Below, piece after piece: positions 50,760 through 64,000 of a stretch of 64,000 nucleotides of DNA. Every line of letters begins with the position of its first letter. Position 1 is the stretch's first letter. Source of the stretch: Camelus ferus (Eukaryota); the NCBI RefSeq assembly GCF_009834535.1, contig NC_045697.1, positions 107,138,001-107,202,000 on the forward strand. The letters are read 5' to 3'. The notes beneath the pieces are model-generated. The model worked only from the letters and a program-made list of their open reading frames with translations, was not told where the DNA came from and searched no databases. The position numbers were made by a program, and so were the translations under genes.

Positions 50760-52620
50760 GATCCTGATTTGTCAGTTCCCTTAACTCCTCTCCTTCTCTG
50801 GTCTTGTCTTCCATCCTACTTCAGCCACTTATTGCATGGTCATGTGCCAGACGTCATCATCTCCAATAACTACATGGCCTTGGTTCTACTCATTTGACTC
50901 TAACTGCTACCTCTCGAGGCTACAGCTCACTCATTCTACTATCACAACTGTAACACTCCTTAGAGCTCCAAGTCATCCCTCCTACCATTCTTTTTTTTTT
51001 TACATTCACTTTCCTCTTTACCTAGCTTAATAATTATAGTCTTGTGGTCTATGATTACAATCACTTTCCTGCATAAAAGTTTGACTCCTCCCATGTTACC
51101 ATAAATGATACATTCATGCTGTCTTTAAAGGCAACCACTCTTCCCCACCCAGTCTGTATATAAATTCATCCACTCTCTAATCAGCCCAAAAACATCACTC
51201 CAGAAGTTCTCACCTATCTCTCTCCTATACCCATTTCCTCACTCATTATCATGAAACTGTGTTGTTTTGCTCTCATTTTTTAAAACTCTAATTCCTGTGA
51301 CTCTGTTTCCCCCCACAAGCTACCACTCCATTTTATTTTTGCTCCCTCTTTGTAGCAACACTCCTCTAAAGAATTTTTAATACACATTCTCTAGTTCCTC
51401 TTCTCTCATTCTCTTCTTTTCTAAATCCACTGCAGATAAGCTTGTTTCCACACCACTCTCCCCAAACTACTCCTATCCAAGTCAGAAACCACAACTGAAT
51501 CTGTGGTCAAATCTCAGTTGTCATCCTATCACCTTAAGGATGTCCTCTACTCTCAAGATAGTACCTACCACTTATATGCTTGTAACACCCAAGTTTATAC
51601 CTCTAATCTGGAGAAATAACTCACCACTGCCTATTTAACATCACTACTTGGATGTCTTCTAGAGACTGAAAAATCAGTATCTCTAAAACTGAACACCTGA
51701 TCTTCCCCAATAACTGCTTTATCCACAGCCTTCCCCATCCTGGTTGATAGAAACATCATCCCTTCAGGTACACAGGCCAAAAATCTTAAGAGTAATACCT
51801 GACTCCTAGCTTTCTCTCACAACCCACATCCAATCCATTAGTAAATCCTATTGGCTCTATCTTCAGAATAAATTCATAATACTGCTACTGCTCACCTCTT
51901 CTACTGCTACTGCCCTAGTGCATGTCATCATCATGTCTAACTAGGATTACTACAATAGCTCTCTAATTGATCTTTTTGCTTCTATCCTTAAATTCCTATA
52001 TACATCAGCCAAACAACTTTTTAATACATAATGCAAACTGTCTCCCTGATCTACACAAAATCCTGCAAGGATTGTTATTTCCTACAGAATGGTAAAGGCT
52101 CTACACAAAATCTTGCCCTATGTCTCTGACATCATTTCCCATTTCTCTCCATTTTGATCACTTTGTTCTTGCTATACTGGCCTCATTCCTCAAATATACC
52201 AAGGAAGCTTTCATCTGTATACTGCCTGTTCCCTAAGACTGGAATGCTCTTCCCCTACATGCCCTATGGTTCACTCCTTCAAATCCTTCAAATGCTTGCT
52301 TACATGTCACTTTTCTGTGACCTCTAATCTAACCACTCTATTTAAACTAGAGACCGTATCAAACCTTTATATATCATTCAAACATCTCCACTGCCCTCAA
52401 CCTGCTTCCCATTATCTTTTTCCAAAGTACTTACCACCTTTCACATATTATATTACCCATTACTTAGTTTGTTTATTGTTCATAGTCTGTCAATGACTAT
52501 TGGAATTTAAAATCTACCAAAAAAGAACCTTTATCTGTTTCGTTTATTGCTCTATCCCCAGAATGAAGGACAATTCATGGTACAAAGTCAGCGTATAATA
52601 AATATTGGCTGAGTGAATAG
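50760..52620 (+). mobile_element. Long L2 fragment reaching the 3' end
   Basis: Pyrimidine-rich L2 sequence (cactgcctatttaacatcactacttggatgtc; cacccacatccaatccattagtaaatcctattggctctatcttcagaata) ending ataaatattggctgagtgaat. Confidence 0.8.
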
Positions 52621-52730
52621 ATGAGGAAACGCAGGTTCACAGAAGTAAAAGTACTTTCCAAATAGCAAAGCTGAAGCTTGGACCCAAGGCTAATTTCATA
52701 GTCAATACCATTAATCACAAAACCATGTTG
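52620..52730 (-). mobile_element. MIR fragment
   Basis: agatgaggaaacgcaggttcacagaagtaaaagtactttcca is the antisense MIR core. Confidence 0.55.
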
Positions 52731-53049
52731 CCTTATCTATTAGAGGTAACAGTAACTAGCACAATTGATGGCATTTACACTTAGTGGAACCTCATCAAAA
52801 TCAACCTTTGTAAGTTTTTTTTTCAAAAAGAACTAGTGTTAATCAGTGTATTGCATTAAGTAGAGTGAGTACATTTGATCAGCAATGCTCACTGCCTAAC
52901 TCTCTTTCTATATATAAGCATTAAAAGCATCCAATACTTCAGTGTTGAAATTCAGCCAAAGAGCTATTTATTTTTCTTGATGAATAAGCACTTTGAAATT
53001 TTTTCTGAAAGTAAGACTGAATTATTAGTCATGCACTCATTGAGAAATA

Positions 53050-53700
53050 TTTATTGATTTCCTACCACTTGCCAGACTCCAGACTACAGTTTAGCTCTGT
53101 TTCTCATACACAGATCACTGCAATGGCCTTGCTGTTGTTCTTCTTGATTTCAATCAGGTCTCCTCTCCTTCAACTCATCCAAAACATCACTGCCGGTTAT
53201 CTTTCCAGAACTCAATGTCATAATGATATTCCTTTCTTAAAATCTTTCAAGGTTTCTGACTGCCTTCAGCTGAAAGTTCAAATATACCACACTAGGCTTC
53301 TTATGATCCAGATGCCCAATTCTATTTCATAAATTCACACACAAACACATGTAAACACACACTCATACACACCTTCCCATATCACAGTTTCTTCAGATCT
53401 TCTATTCCCTCTATTTGGAATGCTTTTCACAGACATGTCCTCCCATATATGCATAATCCCCACTTTCTCAAAGTCTACATGACAAATTCTACTCATCCTT
53501 GAAAATACATCTCAAGAATCATATTCTCTGGAGAAGTTTTGCCTAATTCTACCATACTAAATTGTGGAGTCTTTCTCTTTTTTTCTCATTCCGACTTTAG
53601 TAAACTATGCTTAAATACTTCTAGCACAGAAATTAGCATATGGCATTATAACTGAAAATTTATTTTTTTGTTCTCAATACTAGTCTGTAAGCACCTATAA
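53050..53700 (+). mobile_element. L2 fragment
   Basis: gatcactgcaatggcctt..cctttcttaaaatctttcaagg..ttctactcatccttgaaaatacatctcaagaatc. Confidence 0.6.
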
Positions 53701-54509
53701 TTATCTGCTGAGTGGAATAATTTTAGTAGTATTTACGATTACATAAAGTTATCAATATCCTTTTCTCCCTTTATGTATCATTAATGAAACAGAGGTTGAA
53801 TTCCTAGTTACTAGTTCAAATAATTTTTATAGTGACAGCGTTGATCTCCCAACACTAGTCAGAACATTATAAAGAAACATTCTTAAACAATAATTTTGCT
53901 CAGAATGCTGTTTCCAGTGGCAGCCAATCACACATTTTAATCAATACCTTGAGTCTTCAGTTCAAGTAATCCAAAATCAACTGCCACAAAATAGATACAA
54001 AGTAGTCCACTCATCATTTCCTCAATTTACTTTTAATTCTCTCACTTTCTTACATTTATTTTCTCCCTTGTATCTTTCTTTTATATCTCAGTACTTCATT
54101 TTCTTTCCTACTACTGAATTTTCTTTCCTTGAATTCTTCTTCCCTTATGACCAGGCCATGACACAAGAGAGGTAACACAGATACATTAGTCTATTGGCTT
54201 TTCAAATACAATAGAATTTTCTAAACGTCCAAAAAAGTATCAATCTTCCTTAAATCTGCTAATAAAACCATCAGTTTACTTTTGCCCAACTCAGTCTTAC
54301 TGAAAAATAAAGAACAGATTTTATCATTAAGAACACAACAATAAAAAAGAACAATGAAATTAAAATACTGAAATATCTATAATTAATACCTAAGCTCCAC
54401 TATGTCACTAACTGCAAAACAATACAGTACCAAAAATATCAGTTCCAATGGAAAAATACAGTAACATTTTAAAGTAAAATATAAATAAAATAAATATAAA
54501 ATAGATTAC

Positions 54510-54574
54510 CTTCCTTCATTGACAAGTTCAATAAAAGCAAGACCTGCATTCTTCTGAATAGAATTCTGCCACTC
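54510..54574 (-). CDS. LRBA: Internal coding exon of LRBA (LPS-responsive beige-like anchor protein; DUF1088 region upstream of PH-BEACH)
   Basis: The reverse complement reads tttttag|GAG TGG CAG AAT TCT ATT CAG AAG AAT GCA GGT CTT GCT TTT ATT GAA CTT GTC AAT GAA GGA AG|gtaatc = EWQNSIQKNAGLAFIELVNEG(R). It is 65 nt with canonical AG/GT. As recalled, the peptide matches LRBA (paralog NBEA has ELINEGR). Confidence 0.95.
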
Positions 54575-55759
54575 CTAAAAAACAGAAGAAAATAGCTGAA
54601 CAAATTTCACTCAGTAGGTTATTTCTTTAAAACAATAAGGAAAAACATCATCCACATCAATTTCGCACCTGAGCTCTTAATGGAAAAGCTGTGTTAAACA
54701 CGCTGCCCTACCCAACGCAGCGCCGTGAACACAATAGTTGACATTGAGAAGTAAGCTAAATATGTCAGCAACAATTTGATTCTAGATGAACTAAATGAGC
54801 CTGTCTATACTTAATCTTATCCTTTTAGTTCTACACCATTACATGTAACTGATTTAACTGAAACAGTTGGAAAGAAAGAGAACAAAGCAGACCAAGGACA
54901 GAGGTTTTGTTTTTGTTTCTTTAAGAGATGCATCACCCTAAATGAGGGGAAGACAGAATTAAGTAGCTTCATAAACTTAATAAATAGCACACATTCTACA
55001 AAAATCGATCATTAATGACTGAGAGAAAGACAAGAAACATCAGTGAATTTGACTAGACCATTTTTTCAGTGGGAAACTATAGCTCACTAGACCTTTGAAT
55101 TAGTAAAAGATGGTATAAATCTATTAATATATTCTTTATGAATAAGATATCCACTAAAAAGCCTTCAAAGGAAATCAACCAGTAGAGTATATACAAACGA
55201 ATTTTTTTAATCTTCATCTCAAAACATATATAAAATAAGAATTAATCCCATAAGGCCGGGCCACATGAATTGAAATGTAACTGGATTTGAGAAATGCCAA
55301 TGTATCCATGTATGTGTTTGTCTATTTTTTAACACAACTAGACATACATACAAAATCTTTATGTTCCTTACAACTAAAGAGCCCTGATATTCTATCTATA
55401 AATATCCCTCAACTAATCTGTTTTGGTTCTTTTATAAAACTCAAAACAAAAGATAATGTCTGCAACCTTACTATTGTGACCATAAACAGTACTCAGTAAT
55501 GCCTTAAAGGTATCAAAGCTCTTAAAGAGCTTCAAACCCATGTTATTTCACCCCTGAGCACTGCTCCATGTCAGACAGATTCTTTTTTTTTTTTTTAAGC
55601 CTTATTCTATCTCTTCTATTTTCTCCTTTTTATTCCAAATTTGGTATTACTTTCTTTCATGCTTTGAAAAACCAAGGTGGCTCTCAGGACTGAAATTGCT
55701 ATTTGCCATAATTTTCTTATAGGTTCTGTATCATGAATGTATCAGTAAGAGCATACTAG

Positions 55760-56190
55760 CAGAATATATACAGTAGAAGGAAAATTAGATATAAAGTCTG
55801 TCAGACATTTGCAGATGGGCCTAAAACAGCCTCGAAGTATCCTGTGTCCTAGGAAGGGTCAGAAAATTATCCTAGAAAGATGTACAAGTAGTTGAGGCTC
55901 TGAGAGGATGAGGACAACACAGCTGTGACCTCTGCTGATAGACAGCAGGGAATCAAACCAGACGGTGACACCTAAAGGGATGCCCTAGTCGAGGAACAGA
56001 AGCGCATGCTCAGTCCTCATCTGGGACACCCGACACATCACCCTCAGCAAGCCGCCTGGAAATCTGATACAGCACCAGAGTGTGGGGAGGCAAGACCTTA
56101 AATTGACTGAGTTTCCATTTAGATCACTCACTTGAAGGGAAAATCTCAAAAGGAAAATTAACTTCAGTAAAAAGAAAACAGATACCTTTC
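55760..56190 (+). mobile_element. Possible ancient LTR remnant
   Basis: A GC-richer island ending gaccttaaattgactgagttt..aattaacttcagtaaaaagaaa, reminiscent of old mammal-wide LTRs (LTR78-like). No TSD identified. Confidence 0.3.
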
Positions 56191-58719
56191 TTGCTAGAAA
56201 AAAAAATTAGGAAGAAAGGCAAGAGGTTATCCTATTATATATAATTGTCTAGATCATACATTTTATTTTCAAAAGTATTTATTAATATTATTTTCCTCAA
56301 ATCCTTTTTGTCTGATCTAAAATTGCAACAGGTGGGTATTTTTATTATATAAAGTATACAAACTCAAAATTCCACATGGTAAAACAGATCATTGTGGAGA
56401 GACTCAAATTTTAACTACAGGTAAACACCATTTTAATTTTATCTTCATTTATGTATACAAACTGACTTTTACTTATAATGTAAAATGAGAAAGTATACAA
56501 TTTAAATTTCACAGAGATTTTAAACAGCATGATCTAAGTGATAGAAAACTAGTTAAAATTAGTATATGTATAAAAAAAACATCTAAAAATTTTATGACTT
56601 CAACTTAACTTGGTATGTCACACAACATATCTTTTTTTTTTTAATTAAAAACAAATTAAACAAGAAGGTACACATAGAACAGGAAGAGTCCAATTTTTAC
56701 AAAAGCTCAGAAACACATTTTTTTTTTACTGCTAATACATTGGATTCTTGTTTTCCCAAGCATCATTTATTAACTCGTATTTGTTAATTTATAATAACAG
56801 CTATCTAATCACCTGAAATAAAACTTTTTCACTATTTTTTTTAAATGAGACAAAATGAGAAATGAAGTAAAAATATAGATCTTACTTACACTTTGGGTAT
56901 TGCTACAGAAACCTCATAATTTTCAAAGATATCAAAGATTATCTACAATACTTAAGGAAGTTGCCAAAACTAAAAAAGATTCATGCTATCCTACAGCATT
57001 TTTCTCCACTTCTGAGACAATTATTAAAGAAGGTGTTAGTCTAAACAATTTCAGAAACCACAGCTCAATATAACCTTTAGTGAGTTTTAATAGTTGAAAG
57101 AAAAGCTTAATGGTTATCATCTTTCATGATCATTTCAATATTTCATCACAGTATTTACAATTATATAGTGATGCAAAATGTGCCACACATTTAAGGTCTT
57201 GGTTATTCTTTTCCCAGAGGTATTGATGAAAAACACGTTAAAAGCCTCAAATCCAACCACTAATGCAACTAAGTAATTTTAAAACACATTTCAGCACTTT
57301 GGAGAGGAAGGACTCAAAACACAACTGAGTCAATAATTTCATACCTGTTCTAAGCTGTATTTAATTGGCTATCACTTCCTAAGGCCATAATTGTTGACTA
57401 GTCAATTTTTACTAAAATAAACTCAGCTTACTAATGCTCTTAAGTCATACAACAATAATAACAGAGATAGTAGCTTATTAGTGAAATCTATTAAATAAAC
57501 AGTTACACCAATTTTCCAAAAGTCCACTAAACTTCGGTTGTGGGGTGGGGAAAGACTTCATTAACTAAATTAATTCCATCCTTCCCTACCAACAACAAAC
57601 AAATACAGAGAAAAATGGCACCAATAAATGTGCTATATATTAATTTGTACTACTTTAATACAACTCTAAATTCCTTAAAATGAACTTGACAGATTTCTGT
57701 ATGATAATCTCCTACAACATATTTTAGTCTCTTGAATGCAGTACATGAATTTACCTAAATTTTAAAAGTAATTCCCAAATATTACCATGCTGTAAAGCAA
57801 ATAAAATCAGGCTACCAACTGACAAGACAGACTACATATACCCCCTGTTGCTTTTTTTTTCCCCTTTTTTGGTCAAGCCATCAATGTTGACATTAAATGT
57901 AGTATCAATTTTTTATTCTGCTGAGCTAGATAATCACTAAATTATCTTTTACTCTTAAAAAAAGGTATAAAATGAGTGACTTCATGTTAAAATTAGCAGG
58001 AAAACAAGAACAAAGATAATAAAGTATATGAGAGACGGTAAAAATTTCTCTACTATCTAGAGGGAAATCAGCTTGAAGCTGCAAACCAACCCTTGTTGCA
58101 GAATCCTAGGAAAGGCCAAGGATTGAAGACTGATCACGTGAGGATGGGTGAGGGACAGGGATGAAAGTAGTACTAATGAATGAAAGCTGGTATAATAAAC
58201 ACAGAATCTGAGCTCCTCTCCTCACACTGTTGGCCATCCCCACCATGGTAAAAGACTGGAAGTTTACTTTTCACAGAAGTAAACTTCTGAACACTTTAAA
58301 AAGCCTTACCGTAGAAAACAAAATAACTTGGAAGTACACGTACTGAACTATGAGACTCCGAGCAATATTAAAGAAATGTTCTGAGAAAACTGAGAGGCCA
58401 TGATAAAATCTAAGGTCCATTCATCACCAGTAGACAGGATCACGTACAGGCACATAGATTTTTTTGTGCAAAACACTTAAATATAAGCACAAAGGCTCAC
58501 CAGTCATTAGAGGACAGACTCTTATATGAATAACACACTGCAAAGAAACAGGTAGTAAAAAAAAAAATTACTAAAAACTAAGAACAGACAATATTGTTAA
58601 GGGTGTGGGGAGAGGGAGACTAAGGAAAAGTATAGTTAATAACACCAGAAAGATAAAAACTTCCAATGTAAAAAATCAGGGCAGGGATATTGTTTTACTC
58701 ACTGGTACCTCTCTGCCTC

Positions 58720-59210
58720 TGTATTAGAATTCTCCATTGAAACATAACTAATATAATGGAGATGCATATTTTATTTATTTTAAGAAACTGGCTCACATAA
58801 TAGTGAAAGGTGACAAGTCCCAAGATCTGCAGAGTGAGTCAGAGAGCTGGAGACCCAGGAAAGCCAATGGTATAGTTCTACTCAAAGTCAAAAAGCCTAA
58901 GAATCAGGAAAACCAAGTAGTTCCAGTATGAAAGGCAATAGGCTCAAAAGAGCCAAGGTATCAGTTTGAGTACAAAGGCAGGAAAAATCCAAATGTCTCA
59001 GTTCTAAGGCAGCAAGCAAGCAGAATTCTCTTTACTCAGGGTAGACTCAGCCTTTTTGTTCTAGGCAGGCCTTCAACTGATTGGATGAGGCCCACTCACA
59101 TCAGGAAAGGCAATCTGCTCTACTCAGCCAGTATCATTCAGAAATACCTACTGTTTGACCAAATATCTGGACACTCCATGGCCCAATCAAATCGATACAA
59201 AATGAGCTTG
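58720..59210 (-). mobile_element. MLT2 (ERVL) solo LTR
   Basis: tgtattag..aagaaactggctcacataat..caagtcccaagatctgcag..gctggagacccaggaaagccaatgg..ggccttcaactgattggatgaggcccactcacat..tttgaccaaatatctgg. Confidence 0.85.
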
Positions 59211-59229
59211 CCCCTCCCCTTATCCGCTC

Positions 59230-59810
59230 AGAAAACCTCAGAAAACTAGAAAATGCTCTTAAAAATTAAAAGTATAATATCAAACAAAAATTTTGAAAGA
59301 AGTATTGAAGATATTGAACAAGCATCTCAAGAGAGTAAATTAAAAGATAAAATGAAGAAAATGATGAGTATGGATATGAAAGTTAGAAAATTAATCCAGA
59401 TAGTCCAACAACTAAGAGGAGTTCTAGAAACAGAAATGAGAAAAAATAGAGAAAGTAATTTGCATAGATATAATTCAAGTAAATTTCTCTGAACACAAGT
59501 ACATACTTTCTCAGAGTGAAAAAAGTTTACACAAAATAACAGACAATGAATTTTAAAAGATCTACCCATACCAAGGCACAATCCAGTAACATAAACAACA
59601 AACAAATTTTAAAATAAAAATATTAAAAGCTTCTTGGGGGCAAGGGATGGGAAAGACTATAATTTTCGGCTTATAATCCTAATATCCCAACAATCCATCA
59701 ATCACATACAAAGGTTAAAAACAAAAAAAAGACATTTTCATACAAGCAAGCTCTAAAAAATTCTACTGTCATGCATTCTTAAGAAATTACAAAGAACGTG
59801 CCTCATCAAA
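59230..59810 (+). mobile_element. Decayed L1/HAL1 ORF1-like fragment
   Basis: agtccaacaactaagaggagttctagaaacagaaa and aaaagatctacccataccaaggcaca resemble ORF1 remnants. Confidence 0.45.
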
Positions 59811-62800
59811 ATTAATACTGAGGCCCCACTATCATCCTCCATCCCTGTTCTGCTTTAACTTGTACTTACTACCACTTAGATTTCTTTTTTGCTTTTCCCT
59901 TTGTTTTATTCTCTCCTATATTCCAGTGCTAGGACAGTGATGAGCACATACAGAATAAATGATCAATAAATGTTGAATCAGTGTATCTTTCAAAAAAGAA
60001 GGCCACTGTGGGTCACAAGAAATAGACATTACAACATAAGAGGAAGAAGAGGGAAATTCTAGATTGATGATAAAAAGAAGCCTCCAGGTGACAGCTTTCT
60101 ACAAACGTGCTAAGTAACCAAGCCAGTTTGAAACAGGGAAATAGAGAACTCCAAGCACTCTGTCCCCAGGAAAAACAACTGCACCAATAGACACCAAGTG
60201 TATTCACATTTTGATGATTCCAGTAGAAATTTTAGAAATAAATTTGTGGTGGGTACACAGGAATTTAAATAAATAAAAAAGTAGGAAATCATTAATTCCA
60301 GGAGAAAGAATGAAAGGAAGAGAGACAAACGAGTGGAAGAAAGGAAAAAAAGGAGAGAACAGAGGAAGGAAGGAAAAGGGGAGGGAGAGGGGGGAAGGTG
60401 GCTGGATAAGCATGGTACCTTTTGTAGGTCTGCATGGATATTTACACTGTCACAATAAACGCTAAGTATTGTTTTAACTAAGTACTACGATGTAATTATA
60501 CCGGAAAATAGTGTGAAATGGAAAGGGAGGGCAATGTAAGTAACCGATGGTCATCTTTCACAGAAGACATCAGATGATGTCTAAAATAGAAAAGTCGAGA
60601 AATGGTTATTATATCATTTAGAAATGTGAAAGTAGCAGAGTCATCAACTAAGAAATTTAAACACGGCTCCTTCCAGAAACTAAGAATTAAGGGAGGGAAG
60701 AAGAGCTAAGGTAGGAACTGTTGTTTTCAGTTTAAGTATTATACTATTTTTAGATCTTTGAAATAATATACATATTTTCTGTGATAAAAATAAAATTTAT
60801 ATTAAAAAGCACATGTTCTAAATGAAGAATAGTAACTGAATAGAAAGTAAAAATAAAGATACACATAATATTTTAAACTGAATAATAGGTACTTTTGCAA
60901 AATTATTCTGATATATCTCCAAATAACAGAACAAGCATTCAAGTTTCACAGGTAATGATATTCAAACTACAAAAATGCAAATGTATCATAAACTATTAAG
61001 AATTTTTATTTTTGTAAAGCATTTTACATTCAGCCAAATAAAATTAACTTTATTGCTATTGGCAACGATATAGTCAACTTTTTTGTAAGTATTAATCTAA
61101 GGATCCAAACATAACTTAAAAGAATGAAGAATGTTAACAAAAACTCATATCAAATTATTTCATTTTCCTTATAAAAAAATTAAAATTTTAATAGTTTATG
61201 CTCTTCAATGAAATATCAATATTAATATTTTAAGTCATTATAGTTATCTACACCTTTGTCAAATAAATCAAATTGGTTGGATATAGATCTAATTACCACC
61301 TGAAATAGATGTCAGAAACACTATTAGAAGTCAAGGGAGGAGGCCACAGAGGAGAGCTCAAATGAAGAGAGCTCAAAATTGAGACCCACACTAAACACAG
61401 GACTAAAGGTCAAAACTAGAGAAAACTGGTTCATTGTCAAGATATAGTAATCTTAAGTGCTCAAAGTAAACTATCAAGAACTTTTCAACAGTGTTTGCAC
61501 TTTGTGTCAGCACTCTCTCAACAGCATATCTAACACAAACTTGAGTAACAACATACTGGGAAAGAATACAGCATAACAGTAAAGAACAGGTTTTATTCCA
61601 CCGTCTCTTTAGATGGTGAAACAAACCAATACATGAAATTTCCAAAAAAAAAACACTGCCTTTTGGAAAGTTTTGGTTTTGATTATTTTTGTGAAATTGT
61701 ACATCTAGTTTGTACAAATATTATGGCTCAGTTTATAAATAAAATACATTATGTAGACAGGTAACTACAAAGTAAAGAAAGGAAAAAAAGAAAAATTCTA
61801 TTAAAGTTGGATTAGCAAATGGTTCCATTTTATAACTGCTTATTTAACAAATATTTATGAATATTTACTATGTACAAGGAATTGACTATTGATAGATTTA
61901 TAGGATTGACAAAATAAAAAATGCAAGGATTTAAAAATTCAAAAAGTTGAGATAACCATGCAATTATGTGATTATATATAGTTGTAAGTTATTTGTAAAT
62001 AATCAAAAAACAGTAATCCCCTGCTGTTGTGTTTAACCATACGTTAAAATTAATATATCTGCAAATGTCTTTAAAAATCTGTTTTTAAACCTTTTCAGGA
62101 AAAAAAATCTCCAGCCAATAATAATCCTTCGAATTACTTCCAAACTGACATCGATATATTCAAGATACTTCACTGATCAATCAAAAAAAAGCTTGATTTC
62201 AATAAAGGTGACAAAAGTTGCTCTAACCCTTTCCAGCAACAAGCTCTCAACAGATGATCATCATTAAGCTTATATGTGGGCTTCACATTCAGGAGCTATA
62301 TAAATGTGTCCTATTAGTACATGGTCAGTCTGTTTGGCAACTCCAGTTCTCCAGACATATGGCAATTGCTGCCCTTTGAGGTCTGAAGTCAAGTCTTTGG
62401 GGAATCTCAAAGCCTGCACTGAAATTACAAGGAGTGTTCATTAGAGACTGCTGGAGAGGAAACATGAAAGACTTCCATTAAAACTATATAAAACAGCTAA
62501 TTATTTTTAAAAGATTTTTAAACCATCTTACGTACTCAGCTACAATAAAAAGTATTTAACAACTGAATTGTTTTTAAAAGCACTACTTTCAGGACATGGG
62601 CACAAACAGCTTTCTTCAGCTTTCTTCATGCCTCCCAACCCCCACCTCAATACACCTAACATACCTTTTTTCTAGGAATCATCAAGTCAACCTTTTTGTG
62701 TCCTGGGAAAGAATAAAATTATCTTATACCTCTAAATTCTTTCTACAGATCACTGTAAACATTTATAAAATGAAGGTATTTTTAGAGACAAAGTTCTATG

Positions 62801-64000
62801 TTATAATATTTTGTTTTGAATTACACTGTTAAATTCAGCCAGACGTACATATGTGTTTCTTTTTAGATGCTTTTCTTTTTACTCAAGAAGATTGCATCTA
62901 TTTCATTTCTATTCTGTTTTACACCAATAATCATAAAAAACTTAAGCACAAAATAATATAAATCAGATACTAGCTAATCTATGAAATGGCATTTATTAGG
63001 TAATAGTATGGAAAATGTACGAAGATTCAAATGTTTAAAGTTAAAGAAAAATGTCAATAAATTGACAGACAAGAGTTCAAAGAAATTTCATGTCTTTGTT
63101 GTCTCAAGATTTTGAAAAACATAATAGTTTTCTAATTAATTGTTGCCATTTTAACTTTTGAATGTGTAGACACTTTAACTTGAGAGAACATTTACTAAAT
63201 TTTGCAACAATACTGCAGAATATTTCAGTAACAAATCTCTATAAAATGTTACATAAAATTCATTAGTTTGCCTCAATCATTTCTTGAATTCACATATATG
63301 TTGGTTTCTGACAGCCTAATTCCAAAAAGCAATTACAACCTCAATCCATATGTAAAAAGATAACAGAAAGCAAGTACATTAAACCAGTTTAAAAGAATAA
63401 AAATCTAAAGAAAACAGATTACGAATGATTTATATGAATGCCTAGTGCTGAAGTTAATTACAAGTAACCCAATAAAATAGTGCCTTTATTATTGTACAGC
63501 AAGTAATAGCTCTAGATGTAAAAACCAGAACTCTTTCTGCTGACTTTCGCATGCCCAATCCCACAGCACACAACATTAAGAATTAAACATGCAGTAAATA
63601 AGGCATATAGAAAACAGCAGTTTTTAACTAAAAGCAGAAAACTCTCCTGCTGTTTAACCATTTGGAGTCTCCCACTCTGAAAAGTGACCACTGTAAACTG
63701 ATACTCTGTACTCACTGAGTACATTCTTAGTGTTAATATAAAGTGAGACCTGATTTTTGTATTCACAGTTTTGCATCAAAAAAAAAAAAAAAAGTAACAG
63801 TGAAATAGCATTCACCAGGACAAAATAAAGAATGTTTAGGCTATGAAATGATGGTATCTTCAGAATCAAAATGTTCCTAACCTCATACTGTATCTACCAA
63901 TAAAGCTTTGGTCCTGATTTGAAAGTGTACTATCTAAGACACATACATTGCATGCTACAGTAACACGTTATAGTTGTCAATCTAAGACCAATCACAGTAT

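Larger units (their letters stand above)
23927..54509 (-). other. LRBA: LRBA intron (~30.6 kb, GT-AG, phase 2)
   Basis: Bounded by the donor after the exon at 54510 and the acceptor before the exon at 23926. The two exon peptides are contiguous in LRBA as recalled. Confidence 0.88.

Noticed and set aside
23819..54574. NBEA as the host gene
   Set aside because: Diagnostic residues (ELVNEGR, LLSQTMKDHL, ILSRQ, DIHRH) fit LRBA, not NBEA (ELINEGR, LLCHAMKDHI, ILNRQ, DVHKH) as recalled.
62270..62460. GC-richer patch as a possible upstream LRBA exon
   Set aside because: None of the minus-strand frames matches the expected preceding peptide (..VVELVMLLCSQ), and there is no convincing donor.
1..64000. 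A novel multi-gene system, CRISPR array or prokaryote-type operon
   Set aside because: The sequence is mammalian intron. There are no regularly spaced repeats, no long ORFs, and nearly all structure is explained by LRBA and known repeat classes.

Overview
AT-rich, repeat-dense mammalian genomic DNA, probably from a camelid (inferred from three tRNA-Ala-derived Vic-1-like SINEs). The window lies inside the large gene LRBA on the minus strand. Only two coding exons are recognisable: 54510-54574 (EWQNSIQKNAGLAFIELVNEGR) and 23819-23926 (LLSQTMKDHLVRVANEA..FILSRQRAEDIHRHAEFE), separated by a ~30.6 kb GT-AG intron. As written, the second exon is one base short, giving a frameshift and a premature TGA. 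This is the most consequential observation; it may be an assembly error or a loss-of-function allele. The rest is intronic: an RPL31 processed pseudogene, a fossil Charlie1 hAT transposon with nested insertions, several solo LTRs (including a MER41-like LTR next to an exon), L1s of various ages (one twin-primed/5'-inverted), L2, MIR, MITEs and microsatellites. None of the ORF-track entries is a credible independent gene. I see no evidence of a previously undescribed biological system. Repeat family names come from recalled consensus similarity, not a database search, and the boundaries of old repeats are approximate.
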